Of a stretch of 64,000 bases of DNA, positions 11,626 to 26,285 are shown piece by piece. The notes under the pieces were generated by a model. That model worked only from the letters and a program-made list of their open reading frames with translations, had not been told where the DNA came from and searched no databases. The number at the start of each line of letters is the position of its first letter. The stretch's first letter is position 1. Both the position numbers and the translations under genes were made by a program. Source of the stretch: Pristiophorus japonicus. Its lineage: Eukaryota. The DNA lies in NCBI RefSeq assembly GCF_044704955.1, contig NC_091980.1, forward strand, positions 127,906,001-127,970,000. The letters run 5' to 3'.

Positions 11626-14600
11626 AGTTACATTATACTCGACCTGGCACAACCTGTACAGGTAACCTACAAGTCTCCCACTGCCGTGCCCTCTGGTGGC
11701 ATACCTTGTAATAGTTCAAGCTGCAACCATCTAGGATACATTACATCACTCTCCCCCAAGTCCTTAGTGCAAATCGCCTTTGCATTGATTGTGCTCTGGG
11801 CTTTGCTCTAGCTGGTTGATCCTTGGAAGGTCGTTTCCATCTTGGGTAAGTAGGTGGTGTTTCGTTGGCAGTAAAGATGCTGGTGGTTTCTATTTGTGCA
11901 TCCATGACCACTCCATTCTCTTCCCCCTGCACATACAGATTGTACTGTTGGTTCATTACATTCAAGTGCAAAAAAAAATTTACGTATTACATTTGTGGTA
12001 CCGTAGAGAGGCAAGTACATTTGAATGGTGAGGTACATACTTGGAACATACTTGGAGTCAGTGCTGGGGTCAGCACCGGTGCGTGAGGACAAACTAGTGC
12101 CAGAACTGTTGGATGGTGTCCAGGTAGTCTGGTGGTGGCGCTGTACCCAGTGCTGGCAGTGGCAACCCAGTTGGCTCAAGTTATCTGCTCTCAGGGCTTT
12201 TCCCTTTGCTCCTAGCATCGGACAGGTTCAAATGCCTGTGACCTCCCTGTCCTCTCCTTGCACCCCGGGTCGCTACTGCTCCCTGAGGAGCAGTCATCTA
12301 GCAGTGCACAGGGAAATGCTGAATCGCTTGCCTCGGCATTATTTGGTTTGAGATCCTGGCTGGTCCCAGTCCCATTTGGGCGAGCCGTTGCGTGAGCCGT
12401 CATTCCCAGGTGTAGCCTTGTTGGCGATAGGGTCTGGGGGCTGTGCCTTAGTGCGGTTTGCTCTTTCAGGCTCATGGCAGTTGGTGCCATCGGGTGCCTG
12501 AGAGGTGGAGCTGAACAGGGGCAGGGTATCGATACTAGTGCCATTGCCCTCTTGAGATCGCTTGCTCTGCAGCTTGTACATGTTAGCTACTTGTGACCAC
12601 ACTCCGTGGTGCATCACTCTGGTCCCAGGCTACAGCATTGGGTAGCTCGCTGGACCTGTGTGCTCCCGATGAATGTTTGCCCACTGTATTGACTGTATGC
12701 AGTTGAAATCCTACATTGCACAACGTTTCATTACTCACTGTAAATAACCTGTAGCTCTGATCGCAATCACGTGACTTTTCTTTGCTTATTGCATGTACAC
12801 AACTCTGATCATCAATTACACATTTTACATCTAACTCACAGTTGCTATTACATTGATCTAGAGTGTGGAACTGTCCCTTTAAGTTTGGTGAGATGCAGGC
12901 CTCCTTTAAGAGAGCCTTGCTATCTTTACCCCAATCCTCTTCTTCGCTTGGTGCCATGTGTTGCTCCATCAGCACTGCACCTCATGGTCTGGCCGCCACC
13001 ATCTTTTTCTTAAGCGCCTCATCTCGTGGTTTGAGCGCCATCTTTCTTCCATCCAGCTGTGATCCTCTTCTCCCCGGGTTCTGCCACTGAGGCTGGGAAG
13101 TCACCTCTGGATCCGATTTCTTCCTCCGGAGTCCTGCTACTGGAGCCCGGAAAGTGCGTTCAGGTCGTCTCAGCTGGATCATCTCCAGGCAGTCATGCTG
13201 AGCCGTCTGTGCCTCATGTGCTGTGCTGGTCTGCTCTCTGGTGCCGGATCCAACCTCAGGTGAGGGCTTGTTTTGCTTCTGAGCGCGGAGCATGTCGATC
13301 GCTGGAGGGGTGAAATCTTTCCAGCTCCAGTGGATTAGTGAAGACTAATATAAGTCCCTTGCAGTCAGAATCAGGTGAATTCATAATGGGGAACAAGGAA
13401 ATGGCAGACAAATTAAACAAATAATTTGGTTCTGTCTTCACTAAGGAAGACACGAATAATCTCCCGAAAATACGAGAGGACTGAGGGTCTAGTGAGAAGG
13501 GGGAACTGAGGGGAATCCTTATCGGTCAGGAAATGGTGTTAGGGAAATTTAAGGGACTGAAGGCCGATAAATCCCCAGGGCCTGATAGTCTGCATCCCAA
13601 AGTACTGAAGGAAGTGGCTCTAGAAATAGTAGATGCATTGGTGGTCATTTTCCAAATTCCATGGACTCTGGATCAGTTCCTATGGATAGGAGGGTAGCTA
13701 ATGTAACCCCACTTTTTAAAAAAGGAGGGAGAGAGAAAACAGGGAATTATAGACCGGTTAGCCTGGCATCAGTGGTGGGGAAATGCTGGAATCAATTATT
13801 AAAGATGTAATAGCAGCGCATCTGGAAAGCAGTGACAGGATCGGTCCAAGTCGGCATGGATTTATGAAAGGGAAATCATGATTGACAAATCTAGAGTTTT
13901 TTGAGGATGTAAGTAGTAGAGTGGATAAGGGTGAACCAGTGGATGTGTTGTATTTGGACTTTCAAAATGCTTTTGACAAGGTCCCACACAAGAGATTAGT
14001 GTGCAAAATTGAGGCACATGTTATTGGGGGTAATGTATTGACGTGTATAGAGAACTGGTTGGCAGACAGGAAGCATAGAATAGGAATAAATAGGTCCTTT
14101 TCAGAATGGCAGGCAGTGACTAGTGGGGTGTTGCAGGGTTCAGTGCTGGGACCACAGCTCTTTATAATATACATTAATGATTTAGACGAAGGAATTGAAG
14201 GTAATATCTCCAAGTTTGCAGATGACACTAAGCTGGGTGGCAGTGTGAGCTGTGAGGAGAATGCTAAGAGGCTGCAGGGTGACTTGGGCAGGTTAGATGA
14301 ATGGGCAAATGCCTGGCAGATGCAGTACGATGTAGATGAATGTGAGGTTATCCACTTTGGTGGCAAAAACAGGAAGGCAGATTATTGTCTGAGTGGTGAC
14401 CGATTAGTAAAAGGGGAGGTGCAAAGAGACCTGGGTGTCATGGTACATCAATCATTGAAGGTAGGCATGCAGGTACAGCAGGCAGTAAAGAAAGCAAATG
14501 GAATGCTGGTCTTCATAGCGAGGAGATTTGAGTAGAGGAGCAGGGAGGTCTTACTTCAATTGTACAGGGCCTTGGTGAGACCACACTTTGAGTATTGTGT

Positions 14601-16591
14601 GCAGTTTTAGTCTCCTAATCTGAGGAAGGCCATGCTTGCTATTGAGGGAGTGCAGCGAAGGTTCACCATACTGATTCCCAGGATGGCAGGACTGACATAT
14701 GAGGAAAGACTGGATTGGCTAGACTTATACTCACTGGAAGTTAGAAGAATGAGAGGGGATCTCATAGACACTTATACAATTCTGACGGGACTGGACAGGT
14801 TAGATGCAGGGTAAGTCCAGAACCAGGGGTCACAGTCTAAAGATAAGGGGTAAGCCATATTGCATCAAGATGAGGAGAAACTTTTTCACCCAGAGAGTTG
14901 TGAACCTGTGGAATTCTCTGCCACAGAAAGTTGTTGAGTCCAGTTCTTTGGACATATTTAGAAGGGAGTTAGGTGTGGCCCTTACGGCTAAAGGGCTCAG
15001 GGGGTATGGAGAGAAAGCAGGGGTGGCGTGCTGAGGTTGCATGATCAGCAATGATCATATTGAATGGCAGTGCAGGCTCGAATGTCCTGCTCCTGCACCT
15101 ATTTTCTATGTTTCTATATTTCTCCATCCACCTTCTTCTGCTTCTTCTGAGTAGCATTGGTCCATCACCTGCAACAATCCACAGGGGTAACTTGTACACC
15201 ACGCCATCATGGAGTACCTTTACATCCGCGCTACCAATGACTGGGATAAGTTCATTGGTGTAGGTGCACAGCTTTTCCTGAACCGGGACCAACTTCAGCC
15301 TGATTGTCCCATAGCCTCTCAAAGGCTTCTTGATTCATTTCTGACTGACTTTCCCTGTGTCCACTTCCATGAAGACTGGAACGCTATTTCTCTCGACTTC
15401 CATCCTCAACGGAGAACATTTGGTGGTGCAGGTAAACACGCCATATACTTCATCGTGGGGCTGAGCTGCCTCTCTGACTATCGCTTCATAATCCGCGCTG
15501 GATTCATGGCCATCTGCAGAATCTTCATCAACACAGTGAGTCATATTTCTTTTACACATTTGCTGGTGATGGCTCTTTGTGCTGCAGCCTTTACATACAT
15601 CGTCTTTAAAATGGCACTGGTGAGCCCTGTGATTCCCTCCGCAATACCAGCATGGTGCTACTTGATTAGCCCCCTTCAGCAGCTTCTGAGTTAAGGGACT
15701 CGGGGGCCTGTTCTCTCTCCCCTGAGAAGATTCACGTTCTACAGTCCAGCCTCTAAAAGTCGCCATTCTGTGCACAGTACTTGCCAGGTTTGAGTCCTGA
15801 GGATAGGTCATCCGCCTAGAGTCGCAGGTCGAGGACATGAATGCTTGGCTCACAGAGATGGCCTTCTGCAGTGTGACTGTGGTATCCGCAGATATCCTTA
15901 TGAAGAAGGCCCTCATGGCTGATTCTGATGACAAAGATATCCCACAGCGCTTCGGTGAGTTGATCGCTGAAATCACATGGTGCCGCCAGCCTCCTGAGGC
16001 CTGCAGCATATTTCGCGATCTCCTGGCCTTCGGGCCGTCGGTGTGTATAAAACCGGTGTCTGGCTGTGAGGATGCTCTCTTTGGGCTTGAGTTGTTCTTG
16101 GATCAGCGTTACAAGCTCCTCGTACGTCTTGGTCGTTGTCTTCGCTGGTGCCAGCAAGTCCCTGACGAGGCCATGGATAGTGGGCCCACAACTAGTTAGC
16201 AGGATAGCTCTGCGCTTATCGGCCGAATTGTCGCCTGCAGGTCATTTGCTGTGAAGAAATGGTCGAGCCTCTCCACAAAGGCGTCCCAATCATCACCATC
16301 GGCGACCTGCCGCAACGTACCAATGTTAGTCGTTTTCGAGTGAAGGTCCGCAATCTTGTCGCCAATTGTTATGCCTTCAGATGCTCTAATATTGATTCCA
16401 TGGGAGACTGTGTTGTGCTTGAACTGTAGTGACCTAAGTCCATTTAATGTAACTCCAGAGTGATGATCACACATGGTGGCCTGCCTTATATACTCGACCT
16501 GGCACAGGTAACCTACAAGTCTCCCACTGCAGTGCCCTTTGGTAGCATACCTTGTAATAGTACAAGCAGTAACCATGTAGTATACATGACA
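11626..16591 (-). mobile_element. Ty3/Gypsy-derived LTR element 'D', copy 1 (gag-pro only, no RT/IN)
   Basis: 5' LTR 16367-16591, PBS TGGCGACAAG 16355-16364, gag DWDAFVERL/CWYCGGNH/CKGCSTKSH, protease VDTG, PPT 11746-11760, partial 3' LTR 11626-11745. Confidence 0.85.
13333..15120 (+). mobile_element. CR1 LINE, 5'-truncated, inserted in element D copy 1
   Basis: KSPGPD, YLDFQNAFDKVPH, QGSVLGP, FADD, TRGHSLK; 3' tail TTTCTATG repeats. Confidence 0.93.
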
Positions 16592-16628
16592 GGCACTAAC
16601 TCGCAACAACAGAGGATTCAATGAACCT

Positions 16629-16944
16629 TGCAAGATGGCCATTAACTGGTCCAGGAGAGTGCGGTCGATGGGGTGTTCTCTCCTTCTGCCTGCCTCTCTT
16701 CTGCGGCTATGTCCGTGGCCGGGTATCCCTGGAGCGGGAGCACACGGTGTCTGCTGGTATGCTGGAGGTTTTCTGTGACCGTAGGCACCAGAGATACTGG
16801 AGTGCAGCGTTGATACAGGGAACTAAATTATAATTTGAAAAGTGTTTGTTAGTTTTTTCACATTTGGATCTTATTGTTTATTCATCCTTATAAAGGGGAC
16901 ATTTATAGTTTAATTTTTTCCCAATTGATTAACCTAAAGAGTAG
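16629..16944 (+). mobile_element. Old 5'-truncated Tx1 (L1-Tx1) 3' tail upstream of ferritin promoter
   Basis: Homologous to ORF2 C-terminus/3' UTR at 60440-60900 and 61860-62269; flanked by imperfect TSD AGAGGATTCA.T.AACCT (16611-16628, 16943-16961). Confidence 0.75.
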
Positions 16945-16989
16945 AGGATTCATTTAAACCTGTGATGCTGAAATTTGAACTGTGTTTGA

Positions 16990-17264
16990 GGAAAGTTAGG
17001 ATAATTGAGATCTTCATTGAGATGTCGCCCAATGATGCTCATTCTTCAAAGATCTGACTGGCTCTGGGAATCCATCTCCCCTCCTTCCTTTATGTGATTG
17101 GTGCTCTGAGAGGCTGCAACATCTGATTGAAAATTAGGGACTGTCACTCATCCTGTAGATTGCCACGCCCTGGATTACCCAGCAGTATAAATACAGGAGT
17201 TTGCAGCTGGCTAAATTGCAGCTTGTTGCTACAACAAACTTTAGATTTGTGAAAAAGAATCAAG
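16990..17264 (+). promoter_or_regulatory. Ferritin copy 1 promoter/5' UTR
   Basis: CCAAT 17029-17033, ATTGG 17097-17101, GCCACGCCC (Sp/KLF) 17162-17170, TATAAAT 17186-17192; conserved in 4 paralogous units. Confidence 0.75.
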
Positions 17265-18969
<1,705 letters not shown>

Positions 18970-19097
18970 AGTGACCTGATGGGATCAACTAATTGTATTT
19001 ATAATAACTGGGCCCCCTGTCCAGTATTGAATGATGGCTTGTGATATTGTACAAAGATTGGAGACTGATTGTCTTGGTGTGATGTACTATAACTGTA

Positions 19098-19103
19098 AAT
19101 AAA
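19098..19103 (+). terminator. Polyadenylation signal of ferritin copy 1
   Basis: AATAAA ~130 nt after stop, followed by GT-rich tract; same position in copy 2. Confidence 0.75.
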
Positions 19104-19974
19104 CTGTTCAAATTGGACTGTATTTTGTCTCCTTGTATGTTTGAATGGTTGATTATTTTTCATCTAACATGATGTGATTGTCCTCAAACAAAATTACACA
19201 GCTGTGCAACAGTGTTATGTGATTCAGTCCTATGAAATTTGTTTTTCCTCTGGGTTGTATATTCAAACTCCTGTAAATTGTATGAAGGTGTTAAGACCAT
19301 TAGTCAATATCTCATGTGGCTGTTAAAGGACAAAGCATGGTTGGAGGACTGATTTTTAGGGAGTGTCTTAAATAGGTTCAGAGAGGGAATGTCCAGAGCT
19401 TGGGATCCAGACAGTGGATTAAGAATGCCTATTCCCACTAGTGAATGTTCTCTCTGCCATTACATAATCTCACCTACCATACAACAAAATAAAGGTTGCT
19501 GTAACATATGTTAAACACTGGGGTTGTTTCCCACTCCAGCAGAATGTCACCATTGGAGACGAGTGAAGAAATAGACCTGGATTAGTATCCTATTTAATAT
19601 GTGTATCGGTCCTGGAATTAGCAGCTGCAGATCCTGTTCAGTTATTATTGCAGTTTGTTCAGTAACTGCACTCACCATTGCTGCTGTAGACTTTCTGTTA
19701 AGCTTTGTAAGCAGAGCAGCAACTGCTGTACAGACCAGTAATATGAGTGCATTGAATGCTGGGAAATACAATTAGGTGAGGAGGGAAAGCAACAGTTGGT
19801 ATCAGCTTGCTGTCACAGCTTCATTGGTTAGTGTGGCTACCCTAGTGTGGTTCTGGTACAGATTCTCTTCTGCCTGCTCCCTTCATGATTGAATAACTTG
19901 CCAACATGATCTATGCTCACATATGGTAGTGAAGGTCTGCCTGTGCAACTGGACTCCATTTCCCAGTTATACTC

Positions 19975-20362
19975 TAACCCCTGTCCCCTCACTCGCAGAA
20001 CTATGATACAGTTCCCCTTGTCCTCACGTTCAACTGATCATCCTCTGACATTTCCTCCACCTCTAGAGCGATCCTACTAGCAAACACATCTTCCCTTTCC
20101 CTCCACTTTCAGCATTCTGAAGGGACCTCTCTGTCTGTGGTACTCTGGTCCTCAATCACCCAAAAGGCCCCCTCCCTTTTCCATGGTACATTCCTGTGAA
20201 AGTGTAGCAGATGCAACACCTGCCTTTTTACTTCCTCCCTTCCCACTGTTCAGAGCATCAAGCACTCCTTCCAGGTTAAACAATGATTTACTTGTACTTC
20301 TCGCAATTTAGTTTACTCTATTTGCTGCTCACGATGCTGTCTTCTCTATATTATGGAGACCA
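19975..20362 (+). mobile_element. Penelope-like element fragment
   Basis: Degenerate VPLVLTF, C..C.TC, FQVKQ.FTC...NLVY.I.C..C..LYI.ET (GIY-YIG N-part); continues after RTE at ~21105. Confidence 0.7.
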
Positions 20363-20364
20363 AA

Positions 20365-21100
20365 ACTTTTTCTCCTCTTAGGTGTCGAGGATGACTTGCT
20401 TCCACACTCAAAATGAGTTCTCAGGTGACTGAAGAGTCCAATGTAGGACCTACAGTCTCTGTCACAGGTGGGGCAAACGGTGATTGGAGGAACCCAAGTT
20501 TGGGGTACCTGGGTTGCTGCACGCTCCTTCTGCTGTCGATGCTTCGCTTAAGTTTGCTCTCAGCGAAGAGACTCTGTGTTCAGCGCTTTCCCGGATGTAT
20601 TTCCTCCACTTTGGGCGGTCTTGGGACAGGGATTCCCAGGTGTCGATGGGGATGTTGCACATTTTCAAGGAGGCATTGAGGGTATCCTTGAAGCATTTCC
20701 TCTGCCCACGTGGAGCTCCGAGTAGAACGCTTGTGTAGGGAGTCACGTGTCAGTCATGCAGACTATGCTGCCCGTCCAGCAGAACTGATCGAGTGTGGTC
20801 GATGCTGAGGATGTTGGCCTGAGCGAGGACACTGATGTTGGTGCGCCTATCCTCCCAATGGATTTGCAGGATCTTGTGGAATCAACATTGTTGGTACTTC
20901 TCCAGTGTTTTGAGGTGCCTGCTGTACATAGTCCATGTCTCTGAGCCATATAGGAGAGCCTTTATGGCTCAGAGACATGGACTATGTACAGTAGGCAACG
21001 TATACCACGAGCTTGGTGCCGACTTTGAGGTCCTGTTCTTGAAACATTCTGTTTCTCAGGTGACTGAAGGCGGTGTTGGACCTTGTCGTCGATATCTGTC
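20365..21100 (-). mobile_element. RTE LINE 3' fragment
   Basis: GQRKCFKDTLNASLKMCNIPIDTWESLSQDRPKWR; 3' motif GTGGAAGCAAGTCATCCTCG; homologous to 43319-44122 and 52700-53349. Confidence 0.85.
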
Positions 21101-21104
21101 CTTG

Positions 21105-21720
21105 TTGAGAGTCGGCATTGGGGAGACCAAATGCAGATTGGGTGGCCGCTTTGCAAAACACCTCTGTTCAGTCTGCAAACTTCCGGTCGCCTGTCATTTT
21201 AATTCTCCGCTCCCCTCACACTCTGACCTCTCTGTCATCGGCCTCTTGCACTGTTCCAACAAGGCTCCTCAACTTTCTATTAGGCACGTTATAGCCTTCT
21301 GGACTCAGCATCGAGTTCAACAGTTTCAGACCAAAACCTCTCTTCCTATCTTTTTCAGCTGGTGGCTGTTGATGATTCTGCTGCATCCATTTACACCTCT
21401 TCTAGACCCATCTTTTGTTCCTTTACTTGTCCCATTGCATCTCCTTTTGCTTTGTACTATCATACCTTTTGTCATTTAATCACTCCGGCCTTCCACCCGA
21501 TCACAAACCTTCCCTTTTGTTCTTTCCTCCCCTCCCCCACCCCTTTCCCTGCCCCTGCACTTGCTTAAAATCTGTTACATCTTTTTCTAGTTCTGGCGAA
21601 AGTTCATCGACCCGAAACGTTTACTCTTTCTCTCTCCATAGATGCTGCCTGACCTGCTGAATATTTCCGGCATTTTCTGTTTTTATTTCAGATTTCCAGC
21701 ACCCGCAGTATTTTGCTTTT
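21105..21720 (+). mobile_element. Penelope-like element fragment (GIY-YIG C-part and 3' region)
   Basis: IGETKCRLGGRFAKHLCSV...LPVACHFNS...HSDLSVIGL; tail with CCGAAACGT...GATGCTGCCTGACCTGCTGA. Confidence 0.8.
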
Positions 21721-22431
21721 GTTCCTTTTCTTCTTTTAAGTAACTGAGCGCATTTTCAGATCAATATCGTGTGACCTTGCACTAAACAAGAACTACTTCT
21801 GCTAAGAAATAGGTTGTGATCTTGATCAAACCTGATTTGGTTTGGCATGTGGCTGTTTTAATCTCTTCCCCTACAGACTACTGACTTTGGTTCAGTGGTG
21901 GCCTAAGATGGTCATAGCTACAAGTCTAATCTTAGCCTTTAACTGGTTTTATAGTTGGGTGAACTGGAGAAAGAGATTTCAGTGTAATCTGGTCATGGGT
22001 AAGACCTCGCCCCTCATGTTTGAACATCGTTGCCAAGGGCAGAGTCTGTACCTTCTGAATGGACAACCCCCAAGAATTACAGCTGGTAGTCTTTCTATTT
22101 TGGGAACACCAGGAAAGTGTTCGCTGAAACAGGTTTCGATCCAAAGCACAACGAAAGCTGGATGAGGCCTCACTAAATATATGTATTGGGTGCAAAGGGA
22201 AAATTGGTGACATTGTTGGGTAAACTGGTCATTTATACACTGGACATAACTACCAGCCTCTGTGAACTAGGCCAATTTTCATAGAGAATGAAAAGAGGAG
22301 AGTCAGCCTTTTTTCAAGCTGTATGTTAGGGGTACAATACTGGACTAGTAATCTAGAGGTCTGGACCAATAATACACGGAATGTAAGTTCAAATCACACC
22401 ATCATTTGGATTCGGTTTAAAATTTGTGGTT

Positions 22432-22503
22432 TGTTCCATGGTGTAATGGTAAGCATTCTGGGTCTTGAATCCAGTGATATGAGTTCATATCTCAGTGGAA
22501 CTT
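22432..22503 (+). tRNA. tRNA-Gln(TTG)-like, probably pseudogene
   Basis: TGTTCCATGGTGTAATGGTAAGCATTCTGGGTCTTGAATCCAGTGATATGAGTTCATATCTCAGTGGAACTT aligns end-to-end to vertebrate tRNA-Gln; several CpG-type and stem substitutions. Confidence 0.8.
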
Positions 22504-25495
22504 GAATGCTTGTTGTCCCAGCTGCTGAAAATTTACACGGTCCCGGACCAGATAATCCACGATAACATCCATCTGGTCCGGGACATCTCCAGCAGCAGAC
22601 ATCTCCAGCGGAGACTCTCCCCTTCCCGTATTTTCAGTGCACCGTCGCTTCTCACAGCACATTGATGATTGATGATGTTCGTGAGTCATGCTGCAGCTCC
22701 CGCTTCTCCATCTTCCCTCGGCTTCGGTTTTGACCAGTGTTGTCCTGACAATTGTGAGGATCCGTAACATGGTCTGTGGGAAACAAGATCAGTGCAGTAT
22801 TTACTCTTTGGTAGTTTTTAATGTGAAATCACTTCTTGTACTTAACACCTTTTTCCCCCAGTAACTGAATCAAACAGACCGTGGGGTTCAATCGGTCTAT
22901 AATCTTATGTGGTCCCCACCACCTGGGCTCAAAGGCATGCTTCTTTTTGCCATAATTTGGAATCATTACTGAGTCTCCCACCTCGTATTCAAAGGGACGT
23001 ACTTTCTTCTCAAAGTACTTTTTAATTTGCCTTTTTGACTTCCCCAATTTGGTGGTCACAAATCGATTGATCTGATCGGTGTGATCTATCACTTGTTCCA
23101 GCCACTTGGAACTACATGTTTTCATTGTCAGGGGACTCATCCCTGTTAGGGAGCCTCCCCATCATGGCCTGCTATGGGGAGACCCCTGTTGTTCTATGAG
23201 GTGTGAACCTCACTGCCATTGGCAGCATGTTAGCCCATTGAGTGGGGTGGTGTGCATACAGTTTTTTTAACATTAACTTGAGGGTCCTGTTCCCCCTTTC
23301 GACCCCTCCGGATGACTGGGGGTAGAAACATAGAAACATAGAAACATAGAAAATAGGTGCAGGAGTAGGCCATTCGGCCCTTCTAGCCTGCACCGCCATT
23401 CAATGAGTTCATGGCTGAACATTCAACTTCAGTACCCCATTCCTGCTTTCTCGCCATACCCCTTGATCCCCCTAGTAGTAAGGACCTCATCTAACTCCTT
23501 TTTGAATATATTTAGTGAATTGGCCTCAACAACTTTCTGTGGTAGAGCAATATGTAATTTGTGTTTTATCCCCAACATTTCCTGCAGGTGGGTTAAAATG
23601 TTACCGGTAAATTGTGAACCTTGATCGCTGTCCACTTGTACTGGTACTCCCCACCTACAAAACACATGATTCAATAGTGTTTTGGCTGCTGTGATTGCGG
23701 TGTTGGAGCGGCAGGGGAATGCTTCGATCCATTTAGTGAATTGATCCACCACCATAAGGGCATGCTGAAAATTGCCTTGCGCCTGTGGAAGTGGCCCAGT
23801 GAAGTCTATCTGGAGGTGAGTCTATGGCCCTTGAGGTGGTGGTGCGCTTTGAAGCAAGGCTCAGTTAGTGCATGTGGGCTGATTGTGTTGCAGGCACAGT
23901 AGGCATCGTGCCACGTATTGGTCGATTGTTTCCCTCATGGAAGACCACCAAGCTGTGGATGCTACCTTGTAGAAGGTTACCAAGGCCAAATAGTGCCCTG
24001 CTATGGGGTGGGACTGAAGGAGGGAAATCAGTTCCTGACCCACCTCTGGTGGAACACACACCACCGGGCAGGCATTTGGCTTTCTTTTGAAGATCAGCAA
24101 CTGCTCATCTGAGTCAGGGGCAGTGGCTAGTATGGTATTGGGAGCCCAGACTGTTGGTTGAGGAAGGGGTCTGCCAGGCGCTCTCACAACAGCATATGAC
24201 CAGTATTGCTGCTGCAGGGATTTTAAATCTAGGTGATCTGTTGGGGAGCCCTTGTCAACAGCATTGCAGGGCTCAACAACTATATCCTCTATCTCCCCAT
24301 CAATCGCAGCGTCCTTGGCTGCTCTGTCTGCTCTGGAATTTCCCTCACTATGTGGACTCCCTTTTCGATGGGCTACTACCTTTCCTATGAAGCGGGGCTG
24401 GAATCGCTGTTTAAGATATGACTAGAGCAGGCGTAACCAGGGCCCATGGACCAGGGCCTTACCGTCTATCATACAATACTCATTTTTGTGGTATAGGGCA
24501 AGAAGAGCATGGTGTTTGTAGCGTAGGCACTATCGGACCAAATATTCACGGGGCTATCTGAGGTTTCCTTTACAGCAGTTAGAAGTGCGGTGATTTCTGC
24601 ATATTGTGAAGACTGTCAGTTGCATCTTTGCTAGATGGTTCTTTCTGGCAATACCACAGCATGTCCGGTGTGAGGGGATCCTTCAATGTGATATGAGGAC
24701 CCATCGATATAGATATGTGGGGCACTCTGTATGGCTCTTTCTGCACAGGATGGGTCTCAAAGTTAATCAAGGGCAACAGACATTCATGCGGGTCCCCCTC
24801 ACAGATCAGAAATTGTGGCAGCAAGGTGGTGAGTTTGGTAATGGTATCAATGTCTTGTTTCATATAAATTCCAATGTCCATTTGCTGAGGCGCTGCGAGG
24901 AAAGTAGCAAATCTCCAGGTTTCATCATTAATTTCAAAGATGTGTGTCCACTGTGCAGGATGGTAACCTGTAACCCAGTAATAAAACTAAAGTGACGTAC
25001 CGACCAGGAGACGGCCAGCAGGTGGCGCTCGTATGCGGTATGTGTCTTTTCTGCCCCTTGCAGGATTCGAGACGCATATGCAATGGGCTGCAGTCGATTA
25101 GCTCGCATTTGGCACAGAACTACAGTGAGGTTTTGCTCTATGGCCCCGACCTCCAAATGGAAGGGCTGCGTGGGGTCAGGAGGGATCAGACATGCGGCCT
25201 GTATCACTGCATTTTTTAATTTAGCCACAGACTGGGTGTGGGTATCTGTCCACGCTGGGCATATGTCATCACCCTGCAGTTTTATTAAATCATACAGGGG
25301 CTTTGCACACTCTGCAAAGCCTGGGATAAAGTTCCTTTGGTACCCCACCAAACTATAGAATGATCGTAGGGCTGTTTTCGAAGTGGGTAATGGCAGTCGC
25401 TGTATTGTCTCCACCTTGTGAAAGTTGGGGGATGATCCCTCTGGAGAAATGGACACTCCTGGAAAGTGACCCGTTCTTTTACTAATTGAGCCTTA
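22504..25495 (-). mobile_element. Second, partial copy of element A (RT thumb-tether-RNase H-IN-env-like start)
   Basis: High identity to 3350-3763 and 9703-11229; supplies the segment missing in copy 1, including SSQYAEITALL...NIWSDSAY...DGKAL...KVVAH. Confidence 0.9.
23323..23546 (-). mobile_element. CR1 3' tail inserted in integrase of element A copy 2
   Basis: (TAGAAACA)n tail, LPQKVVEANSLNIFKKELD...GIKGYG. Confidence 0.88.
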
Positions 25496-25890
25496 CAACT
25501 CTTTTGGTTGGTTGCAATCAAATTAAACAATTAAATCAAGTGCCCCCCTGATTAAAGGGGGAGGACACTCCAAACATTTTTCAAGTGCTCTTTTTTGTTT
25601 TTTTTCCCCCTTTTTTTTGTTTTTTTTGTAGGGGTTTTTTTGTATTCCTTTTTTAGCGCACAGAGAGGCAAACTATACAAGTGCCCCCTGACTCGGGGGA
25701 CACTAAAACCAGCAATAAAAAAACAAATTAAACTTTAAAACATGTAAAATCAAATTAAAATTTGGTTGCCAGGAGTAATGATGCACTCCAGTCCCTCTGG
25801 GGCCCACCTCTCGTGGAAGGTACAGGTGGACACCGCGTGCTCCATCTCCAGGGACACTCTGGCTCAGATGTAAGCACAGAAGAGAGGCAG
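25496..25890 (-). mobile_element. Tx1 3' tail fused to ferritin intron 3
   Basis: Reverse complement of ORF2 end (LEMEHAVSTC...EGLECIITPGNQILI) and terminal AAAAGAGTTG. Confidence 0.85.
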
Positions 25891-26111
25891 GTGTCTGTTT
25901 TTTGTTTGGGAAGCGACAGGGGAAGTTGGCCTACTGTGGGCAGTGACTAGTAAATGTGTCAGTGATCCCAGGATCTGAGCACCTATTGTGCAGTAAGTTT
26001 AATCTAATGATGCAGTAATTGCACCACTTGACTATTCTTCAGTTCAAGAGGATTCAAATCCAAACTCTGAAGGGGAAGGTGACAGTCCTTGATATCTGCT
26101 GCTGGACATAA

Positions 26112-26285
<174 letters not shown>

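Noticed and set aside
17025-17045. TGATGCTCA next to CCAAT as antioxidant-response/AP-1 element
   Set aside because: Conserved among copies but does not fit TGACnnnGC or TGA(C/G)TCA
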